A stretch of DNA of 63,398 nucleotides, filler included, from Globobulimina sp. (GCA_003354225.1; 45 parts of 45 records of this genome joined end to end with filler, not necessarily neighbours in it), one strand, 5' to 3'. Positions 36,598 to 49,296 are shown, counted from the first letter of the whole stretch. Numbers and translations are program-made. Notes: generated by a model from the letters alone, not told the origin.

Positions 36598-36697
36598 NNN
36601 NNNNNNNNNNNNNNNNNNNNNNNNNNNNNNNNNNNNNNNNNTTAATTAATTAANNNNNNNNNNNNNNNNNNNNNNNNNNNNNNNNNNNNNNNNNNNN

Positions 36698-36914
36698 TAT
36701 TCGCCGTTTCCGTATCCTGATCATAAACAATAAAAGCATCACCAGTTTTCAATTGCCGTAATACCCTGTAAATCTTGTTTTCAAGTGTTGTTTCCAGAAG
36801 CCCATAATCAGTGCCGTCTCTTGTGACAAACTCTTCAACAAGGCCGTATAAGGCATCAGTGCTTAGATTTTGAGATGGGATGATGATTACATCCGAGTTA
36901 TTTTTTTTATTCAT
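36698..36914 (-). CDS. yheU: Bacterial YheU/UPF0270 family protein, 3' end truncated
   Basis: 'IIP...LS.DAL..LVEEFVTRDGTDYG..E..LE.K...V..QL..G.A.IVYD..TET.N'. Confidence 0.88.
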
Positions 36915-37056
36915 TTATTTCCTGACCAATCATCAGCAATCTCAACATCAAATTAACCGAAACTTTACGGTGGACCCAAAAAATCGGACAATTCCCAAGT
37001 CTTAGACTATCAAAGCCCGAGCCGAAATCACGACGAATCGGCTACCAAAAAACAAA

Positions 37057-37086
37057 TTGACACCGCTACTGGAACGAATGTAAAAT
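37057..37086 (+). promoter_or_regulatory. Sigma70-like promoter
   Basis: TTGACA-N18-TAAAAT, followed by AGGAAG and the ATG at 37111 on a bacterial contig. Confidence 0.6.
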
Positions 37087-37110
37087 CAGTAACACACAAG
37101 GAAGCCATAA

Positions 37111-37353
37111 ATGAATCAAAAACCAAAGACATCGAATCAAGTGCCAGAAGAGCGTAGTTTGATCGACAGTCAAATGGCTCCGGATGTCAAGAACTTTCCG
37201 AATGAAGAGCCACAGGACAAACAGGTGAGTTCATCAAGGAAGAACGACGAAAATCCGAATCCTACCGAAGAAACCAAACCGAAGGAAAGGATGCTCCCGT
37301 ACGGCATAAAACCGTTCCAACGCCTGATAAACAGTCCAAATCTCTATTGGTAA
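37111..37353 (+). CDS. Small hydrophilic bacterial hypothetical protein
   Basis: Promoter and RBS-like signals upstream. Confidence 0.55.
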   Translation: MNQKPKTSNQVPEERSLIDSQMAPDVKNFPNEEPQDKQVSSSRKNDENPNPTEETKPKERMLPYGIKPFQRLINSPNLYW

Positions 37354-37776
37354 AAAAGATCGCCAAAGAATATCGTTAGGACCTCGTAAAAAAATACGAA
37401 TCCACCCCCGCACAAAACAAAAAGAAGACTTAATGTCATCAAAGCTAAGTTTTAAATCTTCTCTCAAAATCTCACTACCACAAAATACAAGAAGCTGCGT
37501 TTTATAACCCAGACACCCTTCCCCAGATTTTGTGCCTACTTCAAACAAGCACCGTTACGTAAAGTTATCGATAGTCTGCGCCTCTAAAAATTCTTGCATT
37601 ACTGTCGGTTTAACAAAAAACAGAAGCACAACAGCTCATTATCAATAAAGAACTTACTAATTTTTTGATTATTTTCTGTATTTTTGGTAGTATCCATCAA
37701 AATTACGATTTCTGGCGCAAAAGAAGTCGCTATTGAATAACCTAGTTAGAGCGATTACAAAAGAAAGGATCACAAC

Positions 37777-38008
37777 ATGGCTAGATGCACAGCACCAGTA
37801 CGCGGCCATCGCACGGCGAGCGCCGCAGCCAACTGCCCTGCATGCGGTGGACGTTATGGAAGAAGCTATGGGGGGTACAGCAGCTACGGGTCGTACTCAC
37901 CCTCGTCTTACTCCCCTTCGCGAAGCATTGGGGGCAGCGGGAGTAGCGGCGGGTCAAGCCGCAGCACAAAGCCGCGCTGGTCGGGAGCCGGTTCGTCAGT
38001 GTGGTACA
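37777..38008 (+). CDS. N-terminus of a bacterial TIR-domain protein family (C/H metal-binding motif + Ser/Gly/Tyr linker); TIR domain lies beyond the contig end
   Basis: 'MARCTAPV.GHRT.S..ANCPAC..RYG..PRWS..GSSV.Y' recognised from memory; SD 'AAGGA' upstream. Confidence 0.7.
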
Positions 38009-38108
38009 NNNNNNNNNNNNNNNNNNNNNNNNNNNNNNNNNNNNNNNNNNNNTTAATTAATTAANNNNNNNNNNNNNNNNNNNNNNNNNNNNNNNNNNNN
38101 NNNNNNNN

Positions 38109-39101
38109 GATTGTTACTGGGTGCATTGGGTGGTGGTGTGGGTGCCTTTGGTGGCGGTGCCGGTGCATCGGCAAAACCAAAATCGTCCTCAGCACCAAAA
38201 TCAGGCAATGCTTCCAATTCCGGTAATTGTCCAAATCCAATGCCGGAGGGAGCAATCTTATTTTGCTGTTTTCTAAAACCTGACCATCCTTCATCCAGTG
38301 CTAAATTGCCCATTCCGTTGAAGCCAGATAAGGTTGTATTCACTTGAAAGGTTGGCACATTTTCTAAATCCGGTCTATAGGCAATATCATAGGTTTCTTT
38401 GTCGATTAAATTTCGTTTCTCACGAATTGACATTGGTGCTTGAAACATATTCTTTTCTGAATAGAGCTTATCGACACCTTCGATACCCTCCAAGTTCTGT
38501 ATTGCTTCATATCTTAAATAAGGGTTTGTATCTGTGTAATATGGGTAATATGGAGTGTGAGTGCGAGGATATACTATCAATAATTACCTGTATTGAATAA
38601 TAAGCAGTCACCAACATTATCGAGCCATGATGGTAATTTTCCGACGCCTACAATTTTTTCTTCCTGTTTTTTGGCAGTTTTCTCAGATACAGAATGAAAT
38701 AATTTTAATGTATCACAATTTCGCGGATGTTTTAAGCGCTCATTTATTGGTAATTTATACCGTGGCCGCTTAATATATTTTGTTGGTTCGATGGGTGATA
38801 TGAATGCATCATCGGTTTCTTGTTTATCTTTTGGGAACGTGCAATGTGAGAATACAGTGGTTGATTTATTTGGATATTTTGCGACTAAATCAGTTTTTGA
38901 TGCAGCTTTTTGGATTCTTTGTTGTAAGGATTGAATTTTTGAACGTTCTGAATTTATTTGATGTGTTATAGTATCAAATGCTGAATCAAATACACTGCAT
39001 AAATAATTTAAATTATCAACCACTTGGTTTAATGTCTCTGCCGGGGGTAGGTTTTGTAATACTACTGGCATTGCAAATGCCTGGGTTTGTCCGGTTGACA
39101 T
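38109..39101 (-). CDS. WASH1: WASH complex subunit 1 (WAHD domain + proline-rich region), two exons, truncated
   Basis: 'RIQKA..K..L...K.TTVFS...FP' and 'G.GKLP......LLFNT|D.NPY..Y'; intron 38532-38587. Confidence 0.88.
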
Positions 39102-39519
39102 GCTTTCTGGAACTGTTGTGATAATTGTGGTTAAAAAAACTGCTTTCTGTCGCGAGTATAAAAAAAAATTTCTTTTTTTTAGCTGTTATAACATGTTTGA
39201 AATAGTACAGTAAATGGTAGTAAATGGGATTGGTACTGGTAGAAATGGAATTTTATAATTCCTACTCATCGTTTAATATCATCTTCAGACCGTAGATTAC
39301 AATTTTCTTCTTTGTATGGTGCGAAATATGAAGACATTCATAATGTTGGCCAAGCTCTATTCAGAAAAGTCTGTTAAAATGCAAAATATTTCTCATTTTT
39401 CATGATCATTCTCATTTTCNNNNNNNNNNNNNNNNNNNNNNNNNNNNNNNNNNNNNNNNNNNNTTAATTAATTAANNNNNNNNNNNNNNNNNNNNNNNNN
39501 NNNNNNNNNNNNNNNNNNN

Positions 39520-40772
39520 AATGGTTAGCTTACGAATATTTTACCTGTGGAGAATATATGTTGGCTTCAGGTCTAACATTATCAGCGAGCAGATTGGCGT
39601 CAGCCACACAGTCATATGCCACTACGAAAGTATTCAATAACTATGGTATTACTGCAGCATTAGCCATTGGATGGGTATTGGTCGTATTTTCATTGATTTT
39701 AACCGTTTTATTTACAATTTATCAAAAATATCATTACGCAGATCAGGATAAAAACGTTCCGGCAGATGAAACTGAGAAAGAATCAATCAATTTAAGCCCG
39801 ACAAAGAGTGCGGAGGAGAATAGTGATGAAACATGGGGTAAATTCCAATTAAATGCGTTATGGAAATGCAAATTTGATGCTAGATTTTGGTCGTTTGGCT
39901 TGTTGCTTATTTTCTTTTATTCGACGTTTTTAGCGTATTCGAATGTTGGCTCTGCGTTTATCCAAAGTCGGTATCAGAAAACTTATGAAGAAGGCAATTC
40001 GTTGGCACCCATTATATTTTGGATAGCTGTTATTTTCACTCCAATCCAAGGTATTTTTATTATTTATGTCATCTAAATATTGTCCGTCTACTTATTACAA
40101 AAACGAAAGGATTTTTGTGCGACTATTATGGGAAACGAATGCCATTTATGTTATTATCTTCGTTTTGTTTATTATTTGGCCATATATTTTTAAGCTTTAT
40201 TGGTGCTGCTGACAAGTCTGACGGTTATTTAATTTTTGGGTTAATTTTGTTAGGATTTGGGTATGCCATCGGTGCAGGTTCATGTTGGCCATGTTGTGGC
40301 ATTATTGTGCCACAGAAATATCTCGCAACTGCTTTAGGTAAATTGTGAATAATATACTTTGATTTGATTTGATTTGATTTGATTTGCATGATATTTGTAT
40401 AAATGATATATTTTAGGTTTTTGGGCGTGTATTGATAATGGTTTTCAAGCGTGTTGTTTTTTGATTGTTGGAGCTTTAACCAAAGAATATTCACAAGAGG
40501 AATATGACAAAGAAAGTCCAAATCCAGCACGAATCCATGAGTTTGACGATGCGAGATATTTTTGGATTGCATTGGCACTTTGTACTATGGTTTGGGTGCT
40601 GTTATTATGGTATTTTGATACAAAACGAGCTCAGAATATTTTAGGGAAACCAGAGGAGAAATATGCTGTGAAAAGAGGCGTTCAAAAATCAGATGTAACT
40701 GCAATTCCTGATCGTGATGATGATGTTAACGTTGATGAGTTAAATGAGAATGACATTAATATAACACGGTAA
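39520..40772 (+). CDS. MFS transporter (MFSD1-like), multi-exon, 5' truncated
   Basis: 'GFLCDYYGKR', 'WP....IVP..YLATALG'; introns at ~40052-40109 and ~40338-40416. Confidence 0.85.
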
Positions 40773-40930
40773 CCCAATAAATTCTTTGATTTTAGTGATC
40801 GGATTCTTTCAATCACTCGTTTATAATTTGNNNNNNNNNNNNNNNNNNNNNNNNNNNNNNNNNNNNNNNNNNNNTTAATTAATTAANNNNNNNNNNNNNN
40901 NNNNNNNNNNNNNNNNNNNNNNNNNNNNNN

Positions 40931-42094
40931 AATATGGGCGGCGCACTGTATTGATCCTTATGGTTTCCCTGCTGATGGCACTTAATGTCATTGGCGTATT
41001 TTGCAATAAAATGCTCGAAGGCTTCCACCCGTCGCGACGTACATTCATTGCTCAACGACTTCCCTCTCATCGCCACACAATCAAATATCAAATATTCCAG
41101 CTCGTTGCTGTTATTTACAATCAATTCGCCGTCCATCAATGAAGGACCATTCACATTGCTAAATATTACAAAAAATGCGCACAATATATCCTCGCACCAA
41201 CGCAATTGCAAGCAACTGTAACTTGAGAAACTTCTTATAAAATGGATGCAAAATGCGATAAAATTCGAACTTGCGGCCAACAAAATACGCCTCGAACAAG
41301 GGACTGTTGGACAGCAATAATTGGAATCGAACGCCATCCGATTTCTCCGCCACCCAATAATAATATGAACGCAATCGATCTAAATTCTGTCGGGTGATGC
41401 TATGTGGCTGCGGTCCCGGCAGTTTCTCATACCACGAGACATCATAATGGTACATGTGATTAGTATTATTATTGTTGTTATTGTTTCGATTCCATTTATT
41501 CCATCTATTCCTGGAACGTTGTAATTGTTTCTGTTGCGACTGTGAGGAATAAATAAGAGTCAATACGCAGTTTTGCAGGCCGATGATAGTACTTTCATCG
41601 CATTCTAATACGGATTGGCGTAGTAATAGTTTCATGATTGGATTGTTTGGTTCTTTTTCAGATTGCAATTGCTGGTTAGTTTTGTTGCGTCGTTGAAAAG
41701 TTAATAATGCGCGTTCGGTTTTGTCCCTCCATACGTTTTCCAGGGCTACATTGCCTAATGTTGGCGGAGGGATTGTTGACGTTGGTTTGGTGAACGCGTA
41801 GGTTTCATCTAAATTGTCGTCGAATAAGTCGTTGCGTTTTGATTCGGAGATGGATGGGGTGTGACTGTGGCTGTGGCTGTGTGACTGAGTGTTGGTGTAG
41901 CTGCTGCTGCCACTTATGCTTATGCTTGGTGGTGCACTGGGAGGCGACTGCATTGGTTTGGCATGCATTTGTTTAGCACGCTTAGAGGGATGTGGGTCGT
42001 TTGGGTTGGGTTGTTTGTTGGTTGTTGATTGTATCTGAGAATATGAACGTTTACTGGGTTGGTCATGTTGACAGGGTTCAATATTCTGACTCAT
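40931..42094 (-). CDS. mRNA-capping guanylyltransferase, two exons, truncated
   Basis: 'PGPQP.SI', motif I 'EKSDGVRF', motif III 'LMDGELI', motif IIIa 'YLIFDC'; intron 41159-41222. Confidence 0.92.
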
Positions 42095-42341
42095 GTTGTT
42101 TTTTTAACATTATCAAAAACGTTTTCTATGCGCCCTTGGTTCTGAGAAACTAAATACTCGCTCCTTTCATATAATAATTTTTTCTTTTAAAACCATCTGT
42201 TTACTCACGACACCTTCGGGTAGTCAGACTAGTACAGGTTGNNNNNNNNNNNNNNNNNNNNNNNNNNNNNNNNNNNNNNNNNNNNTTAATTAATTAANNN
42301 NNNNNNNNNNNNNNNNNNNNNNNNNNNNNNNNNNNNNNNNN

Positions 42342-43652
42342 TTGGTATGATAATATCAATGAATTTGGCATGAAACAGCAAGTTGAAAATAATCAGTATT
42401 CAATGAATGTAAATATGCGGCTATCAAATTATGATTCTGTTATTAAAGAGACACTGAAAATACTAAATAAAATAAAACCAATTCCAGCCACCAAAAATTT
42501 AGTGATGCATTTATTTGAAACACAGAATATTTTAATTTATTTGAAAGTGATGCAATGTAATTGTAACATATTACGAATGGAAAATAAATTAAAATGGGAG
42601 ACTCATTCTATTTTAATCGAACAGATCAACGTTAAACAAGAAAATTATAAAAATCAAATTAAATATTTTCAAAATGCAATTCAAAAATCACATAATGAGT
42701 TAATGATTGCTACGCATTTTAAAAAACCAAATAAAAATAAAAAATGTGCTGGTTTATGTAGTAAATCGTTAGATTTTACATATAAATTAATACGATATTC
42801 GTTTAAAAGAGCAATACTCGATTTATGTGCAATTATTATTCTCATATTAATATTTTGTACGGTTTATAGAATTATTCCATTAGTTCGTGATACAGTGTAT
42901 TTGTTTAAATTTAAAACAAAATACAAAGAAAATCGAAACATTGTCATCGGTCCATCATTACGTTATGGCTTTCGACAAATTATTGAGAAACATATCAAAG
43001 GATTTGTGATTGATTTATCATTGCTTTGCCAATTATTATTTTGGTCCCTGATAATATTAATTAGCTTACTCCGAATCTTCGATTATATCTCGCATTTATT
43101 CACAGGCGCCATAAAAAGAGGGAAACCGTCTTTAACCTTAGCGATGGCGGTCGAAATTGCCAGATATGAGACAGGTATGATTTGGGAGGATATTTCCTCT
43201 GTATTTTATTTAATGTTTATGCCAACAACATATAAATATGCCATCTCCGCACTTATATTTGGCACTTTTTTACCTTCCGCGGCCTTTTTAGAAATGTTTG
43301 CTTTGTTATGTTCATGTTTACCGAGGCGAGTCCGGCAAATATTAAGTATTTTAATTTGGTTTGGTTTATTTATCACAATATTATATATTGCTGGTTCAGA
43401 TTATTCCACTCAAACTATAGAAACCTATAAATTTGCAATTTTTGCATTTATTACATTAGCGGTTATTGCTGGATTCTTTATTGCTTTATTTTTATGCGTA
43501 AAATGCCGCAATTTTAAAGATTATAAAGAAGAAATATTCCATAGGGAAAGTCGTATTGTTACACGTGTTTGTTCCACTTGTGATAATTTATTAAGTTTAT
43601 TATCAGTAAATTCAAATAATAAAATATGCTTTTTCTGTGATGCTAATGTGAA
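42342..43652 (+). CDS. Large multi-pass membrane protein fragment, family unrecognised
   Basis: Open across the whole contig with at least six hydrophobic helices. Confidence 0.6.
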
Positions 43653-43752
43653 NNNNNNNNNNNNNNNNNNNNNNNNNNNNNNNNNNNNNNNNNNNNTTAA
43701 TTAATTAANNNNNNNNNNNNNNNNNNNNNNNNNNNNNNNNNNNNNNNNNNNN

Positions 43753-44243
43753 TTGTTATTTTCATCGTGAATGTATGTGTTGAGAAATTTTAAGAATCCG
43801 TACGAAAGCAAATACACTTTTTGTGATTTTAATTGTTCTGCAATTTTGTGTTCATTATTGTTTCTACAAAATTGATTCATATACGATAAGTACCACAGAC
43901 ATGACAAAGGACCACGATTTCTGCTATACATACAATGAAAAACAACACATTTTTTATCCGATGCTTGTTTGATTATTGACTCTAAGTTGTGTTGGAATTT
44001 GTAATGAGGAATATTGATTGAATGCTTTATATGACCTCCAGGATAATCCAATTTGGGACAACGAACATCATAAATAACAATATCATCAACCTTGATAACG
44101 TTGTGTTGACATCGTAATATTTCCACCAACTCGGAATGATCAATTGCATTACAAACTACTTCATTAGAATAACTCTTTGAGACAGTTGAATATAATCTTG
44201 AGACGCGGATGGGAAAAAATCTGTTTAATGCAAATTTAATCAT
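43753..44243 (-). CDS. Rhodanese-fold Cdc25-like phosphatase/arsenate reductase (Ych1/Acr2-like) with presequence-like N-terminus
   Basis: 'YDVR..DY.GGHIK.SINIP' and active site 'FHCMYSRNRGP'. Confidence 0.85.
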
Positions 44244-45063
44244 CTTTATTAGTATTTTTGCGTTGATTTGTAGCACATTAACACTCATTTTAATCTTTCA
44301 ATTGTTTTGTGATGACAAAAATAAGCGCAAATCGAGTACCGATGTGATTTCGAAACTGCTAATATTTTCATGCGTGATGGTATCAACAATGTGTGAACTT
44401 TCAGATCTAACTCGCCACATAATCTGTGTTGTTGAGGACCGAGGCTTATATTATTACCCCATGAATAATGTAATGTGTTTCTCCGACTTTCTGTACTATC
44501 TCGGCTCAATTTTATTTTATACCATTGCTATTTCTCGATTACAAATATCATTTCAGTCATCACAATATGCCATCAATTGGATTGTTGTGTCATTCTTTTA
44601 TATTCTCATTGGTTGTTCCTTGTTGTTAGCTGTATATTATTCAACCATTGTTTACTTGTCGCCAAATAATAACAATGACTCAAACAATCATTATTGGCTG
44701 AAACATGATAGAATACCCATGATTAGTATGGGTGTAATTGACTTTATTTTGAATACGTCGTTGTTGCTATTATTTGTATCGAAATTAAAAGAATTATTAC
44801 AAGCGAGATTGTCAAACTGTGAGATGAATTTTGGTGATGGCATTGCAGGCATTCAGTCGTATAATTTGTTAAACCTATTGACAAGACACACGCTTTTATT
44901 TGGGATGGCGGTGATTACCAATCAAATATGGTATATTGCGGTGTTAGTGCAATATAAGAAACATAGTAAATTGCCATTCAGTGATTTCTGTTTCAGATCA
45001 TTGGAAAATGCGGCAAATTGCATTGTTTTATTTTTGGGATTTAAGAAAAATGTCAAATGTTAT
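44209..45063 (+). CDS. Seven-TM (GPCR-like) protein, near complete
   Basis: Seven hydrophobic segments; 'RLQISF' after TM3. Confidence 0.7.
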
Positions 45064-45639
45064 NNNNNNNNNNNNNNNNNNNNNNNNNNNNNNNNNNNNN
45101 NNNNNNNTTAATTAATTAANNNNNNNNNNNNNNNNNNNNNNNNNNNNNNNNNNNNNNNNNNNNAAGAATACAATTTGTCAACAAATATTGTAATATAATA
45201 TAAATTCATATCTACGAATGCATCACGAATCTATAATAATAATATATTAACTTTATTTATTTTTCTATTTAATTTTTTTTTTACTTTGTTATATATTGTG
45301 TTTGATTCTTTTGTTTGTTGTATGTTTTACAAATATAAAATAGTTTCCATTCGCTTGTGTTTGGAACTTTTTATCTTTGTAAAATAAAAAACCTTTCAAA
45401 ATAACTTAAAACTTCTCTTAAGTCTGTATTTTAATCAGACGAGGCGCTAGAAAACAAAGTGAAAGGAGCTAAAAAGTGAATAGTTCATGTATCCATAGTG
45501 TCAAAATATTCTGAATCTATTCAGATCTATTCTGACAAAGTCGAGTGTTAACCCACCCGCCCATCAACGAATCAAACTTTATCGTTCGAATCGTTTCTCC
45601 CAAAGAATCCATTCAAAATTATCACCGTTTATGGAATGC

Positions 45640-45810
45640 GAAATGATTTATTGCTTCAGATTAATTTAATAAATATGTATGGAAAGAATGGAATGATTGA
45701 CGAGTGCGAATGCATATTTGATGCGATTAAATGTGAGGATTTGCTATGATAACCAGTTATGCACGCAATCGTTATACTCAATCAAAAAGTCAAAGAATTG
45801 TTTGAGAAAT
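45640..45810 (+). pseudogene. Decayed PPR-repeat fragment (PLS-like)
   Basis: 'NLINMYGKNGMIDECECIFD.I', then after frameshift/stop 'AMITSYARN' and 'KELFEK'. Confidence 0.6.
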
Positions 45811-46574
45811 ATATTTATCCGTTATATTATTGTTTGAACCGATTATTTAATATTGCTAGTATTGAATAATTTGAATTTACATATCTTTCATCATTTTTTT
45901 GCATGTATAGTAGAATCTGTAGTTTTTGCAAAAATTTGCAATAGTTTTTTGCATTGAATCTGACCCAGAAACAAATGAAATATTGATTGGACCAATGATT
46001 GAAACAGCTTATCTTTGAATTGATTTTACAAACGTAACAACAAATAACGACCCACAGAATTCACTCATGAACAAGTATCGCTCCAGATGAAAGATAGGAA
46101 TTGCTTTTGCTCTTCTCTTGACACATTTTATCGGGTATATCCCATTAGTTGCACTCCAATGTACTTGTGTTTGATTGTGTGTTTTTGTAGCCTCTCCTTA
46201 CAAAAAAAGTCATGGGTACCCAATCCTGATTCAAATAATGGAAACTTTGCCTTCGCCGTAGATGTGGGTCAGATAAATATGATTCAATTGCTCTGACATG
46301 AATCATAATTGTGATACAGACTATAGCTTAGCAAGTGAAGCATGGCAGCTGCCGATTATGAACGGCGTGCCTACCACGCTCTAAAATTAGCATTGATCTA
46401 AAATTAGCAGTCAGCATTTCTCCGCACTCTCTCGATCAGACACAAATCAAATCAAAACAAAACACAAAAAAAAANNNNNNNNNNNNNNNNNNNNNNNNNN
46501 NNNNNNNNNNNNNNNNNNTTAATTAATTAANNNNNNNNNNNNNNNNNNNNNNNNNNNNNNNNNNNNNNNNNNNN

Positions 46575-47885
46575 ATGGTGGGACTCATTATCCTGTACGG
46601 GAATCGATAGAGGTACCACAGACATAACAACGGCACAGCGAGGAATTTCAACCACATTTATTTGTGATCAATCAACAGATTGTCCTATTGCTGAAATCAG
46701 CGTCACTGCCGCAAATACAATGGTATGTCGACTATGCGAATGTGCGAACATCCAAATTCAAAAACATTTGTAATATATTTAGAACCCGACAGCACGTCCA
46801 ACGAATGAACCAACTGTGTCTCCAACACCAGAACCAATCGAAATTAATGAAACAATTCCATTTTCGTGCAGTGTGGTATGTTTATCTGAGCATTTTGTAG
46901 AACTCCCATGCCAATGTTACGAAGGATGTGTGGCAAATGGTGATTGTTGCTATGGTTTGTATTTTCATACTGTACATTTTCTGTCAATGTTTCCATGTGG
47001 ATGTAACAACAGATTATGAGACAGAGTGTTATAGGGATAATATCGCAACAGATGGTGAGAGCAGTGGGGGATTCTTGGGGCAGTGCGACAATACACTCGG
47101 TCCAGAGGCAAATGCACCGACCATGTTTGCCTGGAAATATGCAGCAAATATTTGTTTAAGCTTTCTTGATTTATCAGCTCTATTTTCTCAGGATTCAAAT
47201 GCTTCTGCAATAAATGCTTCTGCTTCAAATGGTCATATTGGATGGCAGTGTGTTAACAATAGCTATTATATGGCGCTGTTTAATGGTACAGACTGTAGTA
47301 GTGATCCTATGAAAGTTATTCAATATACAGACGATGCTTGCGCGTTTGGAGGGGCTGCGTGGGGCTATGTTGCATGTAGCGAGGAATTTGTCGCCACCAC
47401 ACCTGATCCGACTACTGCATGGACCACAATATCAGATGGCACCACCACATGGCCAACAACAACTGATTCAACCGCTGCAGGGTCAACAACATCTGATCGG
47501 AGTATTGCACGGTCCACAACAGCTGATCGGAGCACTGCGTGGTCCACAACATCTGAAACTATTCCTGCAAATGGAAACACAGCAACATTTGCAGCTGTTG
47601 GAGGATGTGTGGGTCAGTGTGAGAGTCATCAATTATGTGTGTCGTCAACTGGGCAATGTGAAGATAAAATTGTTGATTCGGGATGTCTCGATGATGCTGC
47701 ATGTATTGCCAGTGCTGGTGATGGGTATAAATGTAAACAATCTGATGGGTTTTGTTATTTTTCGCAATGTGATGATAATACTGATTGTCCAGTGGCTGTA
47801 GGAGATGCTACTTATAATTGTGAGACACAAGACGACGGTGAATATAATGGCATTGGATATGAATATGGAATGTGTGTCGCAGTGA
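46575..47885 (+). CDS. Cys-rich extracellular protein with somatomedin-B-like domain and Thr-rich repeats; multi-exon
   Basis: 'C...C.......PCQC...C...GDCC.|DY...C'; ~10-aa repeats (TTTDSTAAGS); EGF-like Cys clusters. Confidence 0.7.
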
Positions 47886-47985
47886 NNNNNNNNNNNNNNN
47901 NNNNNNNNNNNNNNNNNNNNNNNNNNNNNTTAATTAATTAANNNNNNNNNNNNNNNNNNNNNNNNNNNNNNNNNNNNNNNNNNNN

Positions 47986-48080
47986 CGATGATCAACAAGG
48001 CTGAAAGGCCGGTCATGTATGTCGGCGGCGGGGTAATCTCCAGCGAGTGCTCAGAGCTTGTCAAAAAGATGGCGGAGAAG
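47986..48080 (+). other. ilvB: Bacterial acetolactate synthase large subunit (central domain) fragment fused to dynein
   Basis: 'INKAERPVMYVGGGVISSECSELVKKMAEK' matches the TPP-enzyme central domain; higher GC. Confidence 0.75.
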
Positions 48081-49296
48081 AAACGGATTGAAGATACGGC
48101 CAAAGCCACTGCGGATAAAATGATAGCCGCTACAAATTTAATTGGTTCGTTAGGCGGCGAGAAAGATCGCTGGATTCAGGACGCCGCCAATTTTAAAAAT
48201 GAAAAATGTAAATTGGTGGGCGACGCTGCCATTGCATGCGCCTTTGTATCTTATTGCGGTCCATTTAACCAACAATATCGAAAGAAGATATTAACGCAAT
48301 ATTTTTACGACAATATTAAAAAAATCGGCAATATTTCGGTGACTGAGAACTTAAATATTAATAAATTCCTATGCGATGACAGTATCATTGCGGAGTGGAA
48401 CTCGCAAACCTTGCCCAAGGACGAGCTGTCCATTCAAAATGGCATATTGACCACTTCTGCCACGCGTTGGCCACTTCTGATCGACCCGCAAGGACAGGCC
48501 GCGCAATGGTTGAAGCATAGGGAACATTTGAATTTCCCCTATTTTGGCACCACCTCCATATCGAATCCGCGGCTGCGGGACCAACTAAAATATGCGATGC
48601 AGGAAGGCAAGACTTTGTTGGTGGAAGGCGTGGAGGAGGAATTGGACCCAATGTTGGATCCCGTTTTGGAGAAAAACTTATTCAAACAAGGCAAAACTTA
48701 TTATGTCAAGCTAGGTGACGAGGACGCGGAATTTGACATGAAATTTAAAATGTTTTTTATCACAAAACTGTCGAATCCGCATTTTACGCCGGAGCTGTCG
48801 GCCAAAACTACAGTGGTTGATTTTGCAGTGACGCAGAAAGGATTAGAGGACCAGTTATTGTCTGTTGTCATCAATCAGGAACAGCGGTCGTTGGAAGAGC
48901 AGAGAATCAAATTGATTGAAGAAGTAAATAATAATACGATATCGCTACTCAATTTGGATAAGCAATTATTACAGAAATTGTCTGAAACGGAAGGCGATTT
49001 GTTGGAAGATATTGAATTAATAAATGTGTTGAGCGAGACGAAGAAGTCTGCGTTGGAGGTCAAGACAAAAATTGAATCCTCCAAACAGACGGAAACAATG
49101 ATTAACAAAAAAAGAGAGCAATACAGAACTGTGGCGACACGAGGCTCCATTTTGTATTTTGTGATGGTGGACATGGCTTTGGTAAACTGGATGTATCAAA
49201 CTTCATTGTCTCAGTTTTTAACCTGGTTTCAATATTCCTTATCTGCCTCGAAAGAGTCGAATTTAGTCAATCAGCGCGTGAATAATATAATATCTT
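48075..49296 (+). CDS. Axonemal dynein heavy chain fragment (stalk end + AAA5), outer-arm gamma-like
   Basis: 'LGGEKDRW', 'FVSYCGPFNQ', 'RWPLLIDPQGQ', 'GLEDQLL', 'ATRGSILYF'. Confidence 0.93.
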
